IMG/VR virus record: IMGVR_UViG_3300008954_003475
Coordinates: 62,001-126,000 of that record
Direction: 5' to 3' (one strand)
DNA: 64,000 nt
Under the pieces are notes generated by a model. That model was not told the DNA's origin, searched no databases, and saw only the letters and a program-made list of their open reading frames with translations. Below are positions 19,820-30,103 of this stretch, piece by piece (within the stretch, counting starts at the first letter, position 1; every line of letters starts with the position of its first letter). Made by a program: the position numbers and the translations under genes.

Positions 19820-20757
19820 TTATTTATCCTTTGTTATATTAAATAATCTAGACATATCTTTCGGCATCCTCGTACTCCTAGCGTCTCTAGGCTTGTCTCC
19901 AGTATTACCTTGTAAATTAGTATTTTTATACTTACCCCGAATAGACTTAACCAATTCATCATTCTTTCTAAATTCTTCTTGAAGTATTTGTCTTTCGAAT
20001 TCTTCATCTGAAGCAAATCTGTCATCATCCTTAGAATCTCTAATATTTCTAATTTTTTGCACAGCTTCAGAATTCCAGAACGAAGCCAAATATTCAGCAA
20101 GATCTAGATTATATTCATATTTGTTTTTTTCATCTTCTTGCAACATTTGGGCGTACCAAAGCCATTGAGCTTCGCTGATATTCTCGAAACGCTCATCGTC
20201 AGAAGTGCAACTCCATGTCTTGCATAGAGCCCAGCGGAGCCTGCTGATTGGCTCCTCGGTTATACTTTTAAATCTTCTAAACCAATCTCTTCACTAGAGG
20301 CTGCTACAAGCTTTTCGTATATTTGATATACTCTTTCAACAACAACTGACTGCATGTTAAGAACAACATCCAACCTTCTCTCTGCAACGCCCTCTAACTC
20401 TTCATTTGCACAAAGATCTTCTAAAGGAACTCCATTTACCGACTCAATAACATAAGAAACAGTAACAGGCTTTATGTCTAGCAATCTATCTATCTGATCA
20501 AATTGCATCACTGTTTGCATAATTTCCTTTTGCTGCTTTGTAGATAATGTGGTTATAACAAATTTATATCCAACTATATCCACAACCTCATTTATCTTTC
20601 CTAAAAAAATTAAATTTTTCAAATCATCTAGACCGAGCATTGTTTCATTTGTTTCTTCTTTACGATTGTCGTCTACAACGGGCTCGATCTCTTCTAAGCT
20701 ATCTTCTTCATTACTTGTATCATTAGAACGACTAATCGTGGCGGTTCTCTTTGGCAT
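19820..20757 (-). CDS. Tail assembly chaperone GT-like fusion made by -1 ribosomal frameshift (~312 aa)
   Basis: Slippery T TTA AAA at 20266-20272. The -1 frame is open from there (KSITEEPISRLRWALCKTW...QWLWYAQ) straight into the 19820..20146 ORF (MLQEDEK...). Confidence 0.8.
20260..20757 (-). CDS. Tail assembly chaperone G-like (165 aa)
   Basis: Acidic small protein between tube and tape measure genes, GGAG SD, ends LEDLKV* over the slippery site. Confidence 0.8.
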   Translation of the reverse strand: MPKRTATISRSNDTSNEEDSLEEIEPVVDDNRKEETNETMLGLDDLKNLIFLGKINEVVDIVGYKFVITTLSTKQQKEIMQTVMQFDQIDRLLDIKPVTVSYVIESVNGVPLEDLCANEELEGVAERRLDVVLNMQSVVVERVYQIYEKLVAASSEEIGLEDLKV

Positions 20758-20810
20758 TGAGTCTCCTTTCTTTAGTTATACTAAAAATGCTATATTATTT
20801 TACTTTATAT

Positions 20811-20844
20811 AAACAAAAAACACCATCTTTTAAAAAGATGGTGT
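20811..20844 (-). terminator. Rho-independent terminator after the tail tube gene
   Basis: 11-bp stem ACACCATCTTT/AAAGATGGTGT (20820-20844) followed on the minus strand by TTTTT(G)TTT. Confidence 0.8.
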
Positions 20845-20872
20845 CTTTATAATTTAATTTAATTTTTGTATA

Positions 20873-21508
20873 TCAACTATAAGCTGCCGAAATAAGACCC
20901 GGGAAGTCCAAGGGACCTCTGCGGTCGCCCATATCCGCAGCCTGCTCAACTGCATCCACATCGATCTTGGAGGCATCGACCTCTCTGCTGCCACCCACGC
21001 CTTGGCTGTTTGCAACCGGCTCGTGTGCTCGCTTGGAAGATATGAATTCACAATCAATACCAGCAGATTCTGCAATAGTATAATCAGAAGTTTGATAAGT
21101 CTTTGATAAATTATTGAACCAGCAATTATGATAAGTCGTTATAACCGCATCATCACCGTCTCCTGTAAACTTATCAATAACCACTATATCAAACGGCATT
21201 CTTTGAGCATGAATATTCTTAAAGCCTCTGGCAAAAGATTCAGGCAAAGATAAGCCATCAAATACAATTCTGTTAACCTGCAAAGAGAACTTTGCCGGAG
21301 ACTGAGGAACTAACTCTATTATGCCATCAGTTCCAACTTCCGAAATAGGCTTGTTAGATCTTGACTGAGTTTCTTGAAAAGACTGGATCGCGCCGACTGG
21401 CTCGCCATTGACATAAACAATAACCTGCGTTGATAGACCGGTTCTAGTCTTTGCGCCTGTAATTGTAGCGCTATCAAATAAAGTTGATGTATTTGGATAA
21501 TCTGCCAT
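20873..21508 (-). CDS. Tail tube protein
   Basis: VYVNGEPVGAIQSFQETQSRSNKPISEVGTDGIIELVP...FSLQVNRIVF...PFDI...TYHNCWF is a myovirus tube pattern. Directly after the sheath gene. Confidence 0.88.
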   Translation of the reverse strand: MADYPNTSTLFDSATITGAKTRTGLSTQVIVYVNGEPVGAIQSFQETQSRSNKPISEVGTDGIIELVPQSPAKFSLQVNRIVFDGLSLPESFARGFKNIHAQRMPFDIVVIDKFTGDGDDAVITTYHNCWFNNLSKTYQTSDYTIAESAGIDCEFISSKRAHEPVANSQGVGGSREVDASKIDVDAVEQAADMGDRRGPLDFPGLISAAYS

Positions 21509-21520
21509 TATTTTCTCCTA

Positions 21521-24500
21521 TTATATGACCCCAACTTCTATATCTATAAAGATGTAATTTATAGGATAAGCTGGAGAGAACTGTAAAAATACGTTAATCT
21601 GTCTTGGGTCAACCTTATCTTGTTCAACCCTAACATTCTTATACTGAGTGACCAACCCTTGAGCAATTAGTGCCGACATAATCGAACTAACCCTAGCTCC
21701 AACAAGGTTGTTTGTATCTCCGCTTTGTACTCCGCCTATAAATCCCTTAAGAGAGTTTCTCAAAACTCGTTTAACGGTGTCTCTAATGAAGATAATAGAG
21801 ATTTCTTCATCCTCAACAAATCCTGATTGACTTGTTGTTCTGCCTGCCAAAACCTTTCCGCCTCCGGTTACTGGCTCAACAACTGTTGCGCCGACGTTAC
21901 CAAGGCCATTTAAAATGACAGGTCTAAAAATCTTGTCTCTGGTTAATGCAAATCCAGATAATGTCTTGTATGTTAACGGAAGAGCTACATTCTGTCTTGC
22001 CGATAGCCACCCAGAAGCTGCTGCGGCCATATAAAACCCGTGTAGATTAACATTTGTTCCATTTACATTTCTAACAATCGTATCTGGGAACATATAAACA
22101 CATCTGTTGCTCGTATAGTTATCACTTAGCTTGAAGTTTACAAGGTCTTCCACATTATCATCAAGAACCTCTTCTGGATCATCTCCCTGAATTCCTTCAA
22201 GAATTCCGATATCTTCGACCGCAACCTCTTCTGTTCCGATTAAAGCAGCGGCTGAAACCCCCATTTGCGCTCCGATAAATGCCACCCTCTCCATCCTGTT
22301 TGCAACAGAACTCATGTTCTCACAGTGATTAACTGTTGCTCTAAAGATTGAAGAAATAGCCTGAGTTGGAAGAGGTACGATGATTTGAGCATCCGCAGCC
22401 TCAAGCGCCTCAAGCGCGTTAAACCAATTTGTATCAAAATAATCTGAATCATTTTCGTCTACATAAGAAATCTTAAGACCATCACCATCCTGAAGAACGC
22501 CGCTAGTTACAAGATCTTCATGAAGAAGAAGACAAGCATCATCAGGGGTGCTAGAAGGATCCTTGATGAAGAAGTTAATATCTTCATATTCAGCCGCAAG
22601 AGTTATAGCCTCACCATCGCTGGCCCTCACAACATATGCTTTTGAATCATCTGTTACTGCGCTTATTGTAAGCTCGACCTCATCAACTCCATCATTATCC
22701 AGCCCCAGCGCTCCAGAAACCTGCTCTTTACTTGTTAAAGCCGTTCTGCTATCCCAAGCTTCTCCGGCATTTTCCATGCTTGTAACGACAATTGTCATCC
22801 CAACATGTTCTCCGTCAAAATCAAATTCTGGAGTTGTGAAGTAAAATCCATCATCATCTTCGGCAATTTCGCCTTCGATTCCATTTCCAACAATGTCCTC
22901 ATCTATATTTACAACCGTATATGAGAAAGCATTATCAGAACTTCCTATCCAATTATATTGCTGGATATCTGATTCAAGCTGAGAGTTATAAAAGTCTACT
23001 TTATTCGGGAAAACCTGTGTTTCTTCGCCATCTCTTACAATAAAAATGTTAACCCTAGAGTCTGCATCAGGTCGGCCATTTCTAAGGCCTGTAATTGGTC
23101 TTGAGATAACGAACCTAAGATCATCTACTTCGCAACCAGATCCACAATCTGGAAATCCACCGACTCCCAAAGAATCTCTTTCTTCTAATAGAGTTGCGGT
23201 TGTTCTTCTTGGGATTGCAGGCTTGCATTGAAGCGCAAGAATTGCTGGCGCCCCATTCTCCATGGCCATCTGTGACCCAAGAGAAAGAGTGTTGTCTTCG
23301 CTTGGGTTTCCGTGCTTCGTAAATAATGAATTAGCACCTGTAAAAAACTCTGGATCATTAAGATCACCTTCGAAAACATATTTTGCCTCTAAGTTATCGC
23401 CCAAAGCTAAAGCTCTTGAGTTTACATCAATATAGAACTTATCCCCCACCTCGAATGGAACCGCACCCTCTTCTATTCCTAATAGTAAAATTCCATTATT
23501 TTCTAACATATGGAATGTAAGGCCTGTGTCTGATAAACCACCGGTACCCTCTAAGTCTGGAAGGCCTGTACTTTCATCGTCAAGAGCATGAAGTCTAAGC
23601 CTTCTGGTTGAAGTAATTGCGCTAACAGTATACCTGCCTCCATTGGAGTTCGTTCCTGCGCACATCACCACAGTCTTTCCTACATCGCCGCTTGTAAAGC
23701 TGCCCTCAGTAGTTGGCGCTCCAGTTGTAGTATTGTGAAGAACATCCTCATCATCTATCAACAGGTTTGTCGCCCGGATCTCCCAATCCATATCAGTCCA
23801 ATCGGCGGGGCCAAGACTGTCTGTAGTAAGAGTTATTGTTGTGTCTGTTCCATCATATTCTAAATCTTCTATTTCATATCCTGCATAACCATCTATGCAT
23901 AAAAAGTCTCCCGCCATGGCCTGACCCTGAGTAACAATATCGGCACCAGCAACAACAAAAGTATCAGTCGTAGATTCTGTTTCATCCCCACTCTTTAGAG
24001 TTGCAGAGCCCTGGGGGAATGCAAGTCCGGAGACATCTCCGTAAGCTACAACAAACCCATCTGTGCATTCGTCTGAAGTTCCAGAGATTGCTCCATCTCC
24101 ACTGGTGTAATATGAACTGTGAAAGGCCATCGGGCTTCCTGCGGAATCATAAATCTGTCCAGATTCAGACCCTGTAACGCTAAACGTGGCCAGCCCAGGA
24201 ATGGGATCGCCATTTGAATCTCTTACGACACTTACGCATCTTACGGTCCACCTCTCTGCCGGAGCAGAGTCATCAAGTACATCCAGGGTAATAAACGGAT
24301 CACAACTTGCATCTTCAATGATTGTTCCCGTTCCTATATTCATACTTGCTGCAGAATATCCCTTTCCGTCCTGATCGCCAATAGAGGCTCCCTGCAGCTC
24401 AATGCATCCTGTTGCAGGATCTAATCTAAAGTCAAAGGCTGAATCAAAACCATTTGCATCAATCTCATCTTCCTTTCCAAAAAGAAGAGTTCCGTTTAAT

Positions 24501-24763
24501 CGAAGCTCTGTTCTTCCGCTAACGACAGGAATGTTTTGAAGCTCAAAAAAGCGCCCATCACCGCTACCGGTGGGGCTGCAATCTGCCGCTCCATCCTCTC
24601 CGCCGCCTGCTGCGGCCTGAACAATGGTCTCCTCCCTGAGGCCTTCGCCCATAACACAAACTATTCTTATTCCGCCTGGGATAGAGACCCCACGGGAAAG
24701 AACCCTATCTCTTGCAAATGCTCCAGGCTGAATGAAACCTGAAATGCCGGGTATATTAGCCAT
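21521..24763 (-). CDS. Contractile tail sheath protein (1080 aa, with insertions)
   Basis: N-terminal PGAFARD..S. C-terminal sheath core (ERVAFIG...LTYKTLSGF...GRTTSQSG..EDEEISIIFIRD...VEQDKVDPRQINVFLQFSPAYPINYIFIDIEV). Confidence 0.92.
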   Translation of the reverse strand: MANIPGISGFIQPGAFARDRVLSRGVSIPGGIRIVCVMGEGLREETIVQAAAGGGEDGAADCSPTGSGDGRFFELQNIPVVSGRTELRLNGTLLFGKEDEIDANGFDSAFDFRLDPATGCIELQGASIGDQDGKGYSAASMNIGTGTIIEDASCDPFITLDVLDDSAPAERWTVRCVSVVRDSNGDPIPGLATFSVTGSESGQIYDSAGSPMAFHSSYYTSGDGAISGTSDECTDGFVVAYGDVSGLAFPQGSATLKSGDETESTTDTFVVAGADIVTQGQAMAGDFLCIDGYAGYEIEDLEYDGTDTTITLTTDSLGPADWTDMDWEIRATNLLIDDEDVLHNTTTGAPTTEGSFTSGDVGKTVVMCAGTNSNGGRYTVSAITSTRRLRLHALDDESTGLPDLEGTGGLSDTGLTFHMLENNGILLLGIEEGAVPFEVGDKFYIDVNSRALALGDNLEAKYVFEGDLNDPEFFTGANSLFTKHGNPSEDNTLSLGSQMAMENGAPAILALQCKPAIPRRTTATLLEERDSLGVGGFPDCGSGCEVDDLRFVISRPITGLRNGRPDADSRVNIFIVRDGEETQVFPNKVDFYNSQLESDIQQYNWIGSSDNAFSYTVVNIDEDIVGNGIEGEIAEDDDGFYFTTPEFDFDGEHVGMTIVVTSMENAGEAWDSRTALTSKEQVSGALGLDNDGVDEVELTISAVTDDSKAYVVRASDGEAITLAAEYEDINFFIKDPSSTPDDACLLLHEDLVTSGVLQDGDGLKISYVDENDSDYFDTNWFNALEALEAADAQIIVPLPTQAISSIFRATVNHCENMSSVANRMERVAFIGAQMGVSAAALIGTEEVAVEDIGILEGIQGDDPEEVLDDNVEDLVNFKLSDNYTSNRCVYMFPDTIVRNVNGTNVNLHGFYMAAAASGWLSARQNVALPLTYKTLSGFALTRDKIFRPVILNGLGNVGATVVEPVTGGGKVLAGRTTSQSGFVEDEEISIIFIRDTVKRVLRNSLKGFIGGVQSGDTNNLVGARVSSIMSALIAQGLVTQYKNVRVEQDKVDPRQINVFLQFSPAYPINYIFIDIEVGVI

Positions 24764-24807
24764 TTATAAATCCTCCACGCTTGCGATAACTCACCAAATT
24801 ATTTATT

Positions 24808-24814
24808 ATTAGTA
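24808..24814 (-). promoter_or_regulatory. TACTAAT motif, putative late promoter of the sheath operon
   Basis: Intergenic AAACTACTAATAATAAATAA about 45 nt upstream of the sheath ATG. The same 7-mer recurs upstream of five other structural genes. Confidence 0.5.
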
Positions 24815-24835
24815 GTTTCATTTTTCTATAATCTT

Positions 24836-25645
24836 TTAAAAAATTTCTGTTAATTCAATGATATCATCGAACCTACTAGACAGAACATCTGCCTCAGTTT
24901 TAACTCCTGGAATTGGATGCCACGTCGGCTGAATACTAAATGCTATTTTTTCAACAACATTTTCAATCGGAATCTCAACCCTCCACTCGGAAAAAGTACT
25001 TAAACTAATGCTTGTGTTATATACATAGTCATTAGCATACGGCTCCGCTGCTTCTGCGCCAATTCTTAATTGACTTACAAATAAACCATTTGCCCTTAGC
25101 TCATTCCATAGCACATACTGTATTGCCATTGAAACTATATCAACCAATTCTTCCAATTCACTTTGACTTTCAGAATGAATTCCCAATTCGAAACCTAACT
25201 CCCAACGTCCTGCGTAAACCCTATGAGTGGGAGTGCTAACAAGCCTTCTTGCGCCATAATCCGTCTCTACCATATCGGTTCTATACTTATAAGTCATATT
25301 TTGATTAAAAGACACTGGCTTATAAGATCCGCCGCTTGACTTTACAACAATTGCTGGAAAAAACTTAACTTCATATCTGTATGCATCACTTATCAATATT
25401 TTAGTGGTAAACTCTGAGTCTACATCAATGCCTGTTTGGTCTGGAGTCAAAGGATAACCATATTCATCATCTCGATATGTAAAGATGGAATCATTTCTAA
25501 AGACATTTCTCAAACCATCAATCAATAATGTTTTAGGATGTACTATTGCTGTTTGCTGAACAATATAGTTATCAGTGAAAAAACTTGAATAAACAACATG
25601 ATCGCCATTAAGGCCAGATCCTGGTAAATTCTGTTCGTCAATCAT
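24836..25645 (-). CDS. Tail terminator / tail completion protein
   Basis: Directly upstream of the sheath gene. FPAIVVK...WELGFELGIHSESQSELEELVDIV...YNTSISLSTFSEW pattern typical of tail-terminator folds. Confidence 0.65.
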   Translation of the reverse strand: MIDEQNLPGSGLNGDHVVYSSFFTDNYIVQQTAIVHPKTLLIDGLRNVFRNDSIFTYRDDEYGYPLTPDQTGIDVDSEFTTKILISDAYRYEVKFFPAIVVKSSGGSYKPVSFNQNMTYKYRTDMVETDYGARRLVSTPTHRVYAGRWELGFELGIHSESQSELEELVDIVSMAIQYVLWNELRANGLFVSQLRIGAEAAEPYANDYVYNTSISLSTFSEWRVEIPIENVVEKIAFSIQPTWHPIPGVKTEADVLSSRFDDIIELTEIF

Positions 25646-25989
25646 TTCTTATAATCCCTAAACTGTAACGGTAAATATTTCAAGTCTTCGATACTGGAGG
25701 CTTGTTCACAAAAATGTTTAATCTCTCTAACATACTTATCTAACTTTTCTTTATTTTTTAAATCATCAGCATCGAGTATAATAGTTTTTTTGAACATTAA
25801 CTCTGTAACAATCTCACCATTATTAGCATCTAAATTACCAGAAACCATCTCTATAGAATTATTGTCAGAAACGATATTAACGCTTCGACTCATTTCTTTC
25901 TTAAGAAAATCAGATAGATTTTGAATCGTTCGTTCTAGAATATTATTCTTTCTTCTTTTTTTACTAAAAATTTTAACAGCAAACATCAC
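25642..25989 (-). CDS. Hypothetical protein (115 aa)
   Basis: ORF with ATGA-type overlaps to both neighbours. Confidence 0.65.
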   Translation of the reverse strand: MMFAVKIFSKKRRKNNILERTIQNLSDFLKKEMSRSVNIVSDNNSIEMVSGNLDANNGEIVTELMFKKTIILDADDLKNKEKLDKYVREIKHFCEQASSIEDLKYLPLQFRDYKK

Positions 25990-26465
25990 CTTACCTCGTA
26001 GTCAGAAATATCATCAGCCAAATCTATCACTATGTTTATTGGCTTGAATTTCTTATGAATATATTCTACTCCGTATTTTCCCGAAGGCAATCTTACTTCC
26101 CAATATCCGTCACTATTGGTTTTTGCATTTTTAACAAGCTTGTTATTTCCATCGTAAACATTAACTATAACATCATAAATTGGAACCTTGGACTTGTTAA
26201 CAATAAATCCATGTGTTTTTATATTTCCCAAAACTAATCTATCAACCTTTTGCTGTTTTTGTGTAGGCCGATTTGAAGAAGGCTCCTTAATTACGGGAGA
26301 AGCAGTCACTGCTGCGGCTGCATTTTTATTAAGTTTTGAAACTTTATTGCTTAAGAGTTTTACATTATCATCTACAACCTGCACTCGTTTATCAAGGGTT
26401 TCCAATTTATCTAAAATTTCATAAATAGCATCTATGGCCGATTGTTCTTTTGTCTTAGACATCAC
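25986..26465 (-). CDS. Coiled coil plus carboxypeptidase-regulatory-like (prealbumin-fold) domain protein
   Basis: N-terminal heptads. C-terminal PIYDVIVNVYD...KTNSDGYWEVRLPSGKYGVEYIHKKF matches the CarboxypepD_reg-like pattern. Confidence 0.6.
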   Translation of the reverse strand: MMSKTKEQSAIDAIYEILDKLETLDKRVQVVDDNVKLLSNKVSKLNKNAAAAVTASPVIKEPSSNRPTQKQQKVDRLVLGNIKTHGFIVNKSKVPIYDVIVNVYDGNNKLVKNAKTNSDGYWEVRLPSGKYGVEYIHKKFKPINIVIDLADDISDYEVR

Positions 26466-26470
26466 TCCTC

Positions 26471-29400
26471 CTAGTAATCATCATCTGATACGTTATTCGC
26501 CTCTACGTACCCATAGAATGTAGAGTTGTTCAGTCCAGACTCAGCCCCAATACCATAAGGGCCAGTCGTTTGGTCTGTTACATTTATTGAAATGTTTCCA
26601 TTTATAATAACATTATTAACGTAGCTGCCGCCATCCCAATAAATAGCCCCGTCGCCCCAGCCTATAGAATCAAAAAAACAATCTTTTACAATCAAATTGC
26701 CGAAATATAGCCCAGAACCACGGCCCTGCCTAACAGCCCACTCCCATGGCTCAGCGTCATTTACACTAGTCCGTGTTCCATTGTCAATTCCTATACAATT
26801 TATTTTAGAAAGCCTAAAAGTAGCCTCTGGAGAGCTGGTTGAGCTTCCAGTGCTAGATATTTCTTGAGCTACTTCAACAATAGAGCCTCGGTCTGTAAAG
26901 GATTCATGCTGTTTATATGTAAAACTTTCAAGCGTTACTCCATAAACTATATCCTCAGAAGAAGATCTGTTTCCGGGCTCTCCTCCTCCTATATAAATTA
27001 ACACACTTTGATCAGCAGAACTTCCACCGACCAGCAGCTCTCCGCTTCGCTGTATTATAGTGTTTGGCCCAGCGCCGCTAAGTATCAAGTCAAAATCAAT
27101 AATAATTGTTTCAGAAACATTATATGTCCCTTCTTTTAGAAAAATATTTGGGGTTCCCATTTTTGGAAATAATTTTGAAAACATTCTCGCATAATCTACG
27201 GCAGCCTTAATATCTGTAAAGTGTCCAAACCTTTGATCATTGGCAACCGTTATATCACCAATAAGCTTATGGTCAATATGATCTATAAACAATCTAAGAT
27301 CTGTTACCGTTGTTGTCTCCCCAGAAGTATCTACTTCCACATAAGCAAGATTTGCTACGGCCTGACCCGCAAATGGCGACACATACTCTGCACCAGCACC
27401 TGCTCGATCAACCTCGTTTTCAACAATAATACATCCACTTCCATCCAAAGCTATATAAAAATTATCTGTATCATTATAATCCTCAACACCCCCATCGTAT
27501 TTGTAAACAAGATCTGTAACTCCCAAGTATTCAAACCTTACACCGTTTACTACTGCAACTCCTGGGTTTATAGTTATCTTGCATGTACTGCTATCCACAT
27601 ATGTAATGCTATCTATATCTGTAGCTCGAATTACTCCGCTTGTTCTTAATTCATTTCTTGGACCCTGTATGTATCTTTCAAGAAATGCTTCTCCAATGAT
27701 TGTATCATCAACAGTTCCTGTGATTCTTTTGTTCCTTACAGTCGGAACTGCTCCACCGGTTTCAGATGCAGATCCTAAAATAAATCCAAAATCAGCCGAA
27801 TAAACCCCTCTGCACAAATGCAACACGCTACTTGGAAGATCATCATAGCCTATTAACACCGATGTCTGTTCTGAAAGTGGCGGGCCTGATGCTAAAACCT
27901 CCAAAACTATATACGACATCTTATCTCTGGAAAAAACCTTATATTCTCCGGTTGCACCCACAAAGGTCTCCTCCCCCTCACTCCCCGGCGTCACATCATA
28001 AGGGGGCGTTGTAGACTCTCCAACCGTGGTTCCCAAATAAGCCATACCATCGGTTGTTACTGTTACAACATAAATATCATCCGCTTGAATAAAGCCTCCT
28101 GACACATCTGAAACAATGGCATAAAATCCGGCTGTTTCAATATGCCTTACAGTGTCTAGTTTCTTTTTATAAAAAATATCTTTATTTTGATCAACGAATA
28201 CATCAAACATAATAAGACCATCGGTCTCAAGAAACTCCATCTCTCCGATTGGGGCTGTACACCTTATTACAAAAACTGAAGAATCATCCGAAATCTCCCC
28301 TTGTAATGCTGGAGTTCCAGATGTAGGATCCAATATTATTGTATTTGCAGATACATTACGAATTCTGAAAGTACCATCGTCTCCAGATTCTGTAGAGCCG
28401 TCAATTACACATAAATCACCAGTTCTAATATCATCTGCTATAAAGTCTGTAGATACAGAGCTCAAATACATTGTTCCTGCAGCAATAAGTATAGAGTCAT
28501 CTCCATACTTCTTTATCTTTCCAAAATCTTCTAAAAGTCTTCCATTAATATGATAAGCGTTTCCCCCAGAGCCTTCAACCTCTCTGTCCAAAAGATATGA
28601 TAGCCCCAAGACTTCTGCCGCATCAGTTGTTGCTGCGACCAATTTGATTGTTCTGTTTTTAGAATCTTCTGCAAAGCTTGGCAAAACGTGCGTAATTGCC
28701 AACTCATAACATCTTAATGATCTTATCTTATATGCAAAAATGTTTAAGTTATTAGCTACAGCATAATCATTTATTTTAAAAACAATTGTATCAAGATTTT
28801 GAATATCAAAGTCTTCATCATAAACTGTTATCTCAACTGTATCTCCTCCGTCTATTTCCAAGGCAATCATATCAGCCACGCCATCTTCAAGACTCGTTGG
28901 CTTTATTCCGGACGATATAATTGTTGCTGCATTCGGAAGGGCCACTTGAACATCTGGCGTATTAGATTTATCGTATCTAGGTCTAACGCTACAGTTTAAT
29001 CCATTCTCATTATAATTTACAAATTGATTTTTAGTTATCTTAGCCGTCGTTCCTTCTTCAATCTCATTTACTGGACCGCCAAATATCATTACATAATCTA
29101 CATCACCTTCGTCGGTCAATGCTACAGATGCAATTAAATATTCTGTATTATCTTCTTCAAACGAAGAATCTACAACGGAAAGTATATCAAAAGGCTTTGG
29201 GGCGGTCGTTGGTGTTGGCGGGGTTGAAAAAGATACTTTAGATGTGCTTTTATCATTTGGACCATCATAAATTATTTCGCTGGCCTCTGTCAGCAGCGTG
29301 CCTATCTCATTCCCCTCCCAGGCATTATAGGAAGAACCCGTTCTTATTATTCCATTCGAATTGAAGTTAAGATTTGAATTTCTGAGCCCCTCTCCTTCCA

Positions 29401-30094
29401 ATTCTGCTAAATCATCAATGGCTCCTTGAACACTTGATGAGCTAATTAAATCTGAAGTTTCTTCATTGCTATAATATATCTGTCCCGCAATATGAGAATT
29501 ATTATTTGCGCCTATACTTTCACCGGTATAGTTCATATGAGCATTATAAATTTCTTCCAAAATCTCCTGAAGAGTTCCCTCTCCAAGAGCCATCGTTGCA
29601 TCGGAAGACTCCTCAGCCTCCGCTGCTTCTACGGCTATTGCTTTGGCATAATGTCTATTTATAGCATCATCATGAACGTGTGCCGAAACAATCGCATTAA
29701 GCTCTTCAAGGGTTATAATAAACGCATCTAATCTGTTGTCCAAAATAGAAATTTGATCTTGCAGCAAATGAGTTGGAAAGTTTAATCGTAATTTGCTTTC
29801 ATTAATTGCCGCGACTTTTGATACGTCTGTATCTGTAACAGGGCCTGAAAGAACATTCGATCTATCCAAAGCTTCTTTTAATATATTTCCATTTTCATCC
29901 AAAGCATTTGACAGCCTTGCCGAAACGGTATTTCCGGTTGCTCCTTGCGGATTTATACCCAGAGCCTTTTCAATATTAAATATTGCAGACCTAAGACTAT
30001 TAAACACATCAGAGCCTATCTCGGTAATATTATCTCTAATTACCGGGATCTCTACTGATGTATCTAATTCATTTGGATATTTTGATTTTGGCAC
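26471..30094 (-). CDS. Tailspike/tail fibre paralogue 2 (1207 aa, C-terminal pectate-lyase-like beta-helix)
   Basis: GTG start with GAGG SD. N-terminus near-identical to 30104..36016 (MPKSKYPNELDTS.EIP). HFTDIKAAVD...NIFLKEGTYNVSETIII...LSGAGPNTII is a beta-helix entry motif. Confidence 0.75.
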   Translation of the reverse strand: MPKSKYPNELDTSVEIPVIRDNITEIGSDVFNSLRSAIFNIEKALGINPQGATGNTVSARLSNALDENGNILKEALDRSNVLSGPVTDTDVSKVAAINESKLRLNFPTHLLQDQISILDNRLDAFIITLEELNAIVSAHVHDDAINRHYAKAIAVEAAEAEESSDATMALGEGTLQEILEEIYNAHMNYTGESIGANNNSHIAGQIYYSNEETSDLISSSSVQGAIDDLAELEGEGLRNSNLNFNSNGIIRTGSSYNAWEGNEIGTLLTEASEIIYDGPNDKSTSKVSFSTPPTPTTAPKPFDILSVVDSSFEEDNTEYLIASVALTDEGDVDYVMIFGGPVNEIEEGTTAKITKNQFVNYNENGLNCSVRPRYDKSNTPDVQVALPNAATIISSGIKPTSLEDGVADMIALEIDGGDTVEITVYDEDFDIQNLDTIVFKINDYAVANNLNIFAYKIRSLRCYELAITHVLPSFAEDSKNRTIKLVAATTDAAEVLGLSYLLDREVEGSGGNAYHINGRLLEDFGKIKKYGDDSILIAAGTMYLSSVSTDFIADDIRTGDLCVIDGSTESGDDGTFRIRNVSANTIILDPTSGTPALQGEISDDSSVFVIRCTAPIGEMEFLETDGLIMFDVFVDQNKDIFYKKKLDTVRHIETAGFYAIVSDVSGGFIQADDIYVVTVTTDGMAYLGTTVGESTTPPYDVTPGSEGEETFVGATGEYKVFSRDKMSYIVLEVLASGPPLSEQTSVLIGYDDLPSSVLHLCRGVYSADFGFILGSASETGGAVPTVRNKRITGTVDDTIIGEAFLERYIQGPRNELRTSGVIRATDIDSITYVDSSTCKITINPGVAVVNGVRFEYLGVTDLVYKYDGGVEDYNDTDNFYIALDGSGCIIVENEVDRAGAGAEYVSPFAGQAVANLAYVEVDTSGETTTVTDLRLFIDHIDHKLIGDITVANDQRFGHFTDIKAAVDYARMFSKLFPKMGTPNIFLKEGTYNVSETIIIDFDLILSGAGPNTIIQRSGELLVGGSSADQSVLIYIGGGEPGNRSSSEDIVYGVTLESFTYKQHESFTDRGSIVEVAQEISSTGSSTSSPEATFRLSKINCIGIDNGTRTSVNDAEPWEWAVRQGRGSGLYFGNLIVKDCFFDSIGWGDGAIYWDGGSYVNNVIINGNISINVTDQTTGPYGIGAESGLNNSTFYGYVEANNVSDDDY

Positions 30095-30103
30095 GTTATC
30101 CTC

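Noticed and set aside
19834-20100. 88-aa minus-strand ORF overlapping the chaperone T region
   Set aside because: Alternate frame. The frame continuous with the -1 frameshift is 19820..20146.
20227-20255. H-type pseudoknot downstream of the slippery site (loop CAGC pairing with GCTG)
   Set aside because: GCTG follows stem 1 with no connecting loop, which is sterically implausible. Two alternative hairpins are more likely.
8900-25645. Extracellular contractile injection system or T6SS rather than a phage
   Set aside because: A major capsid protein, prohead protease and neck genes are present in the same cluster.
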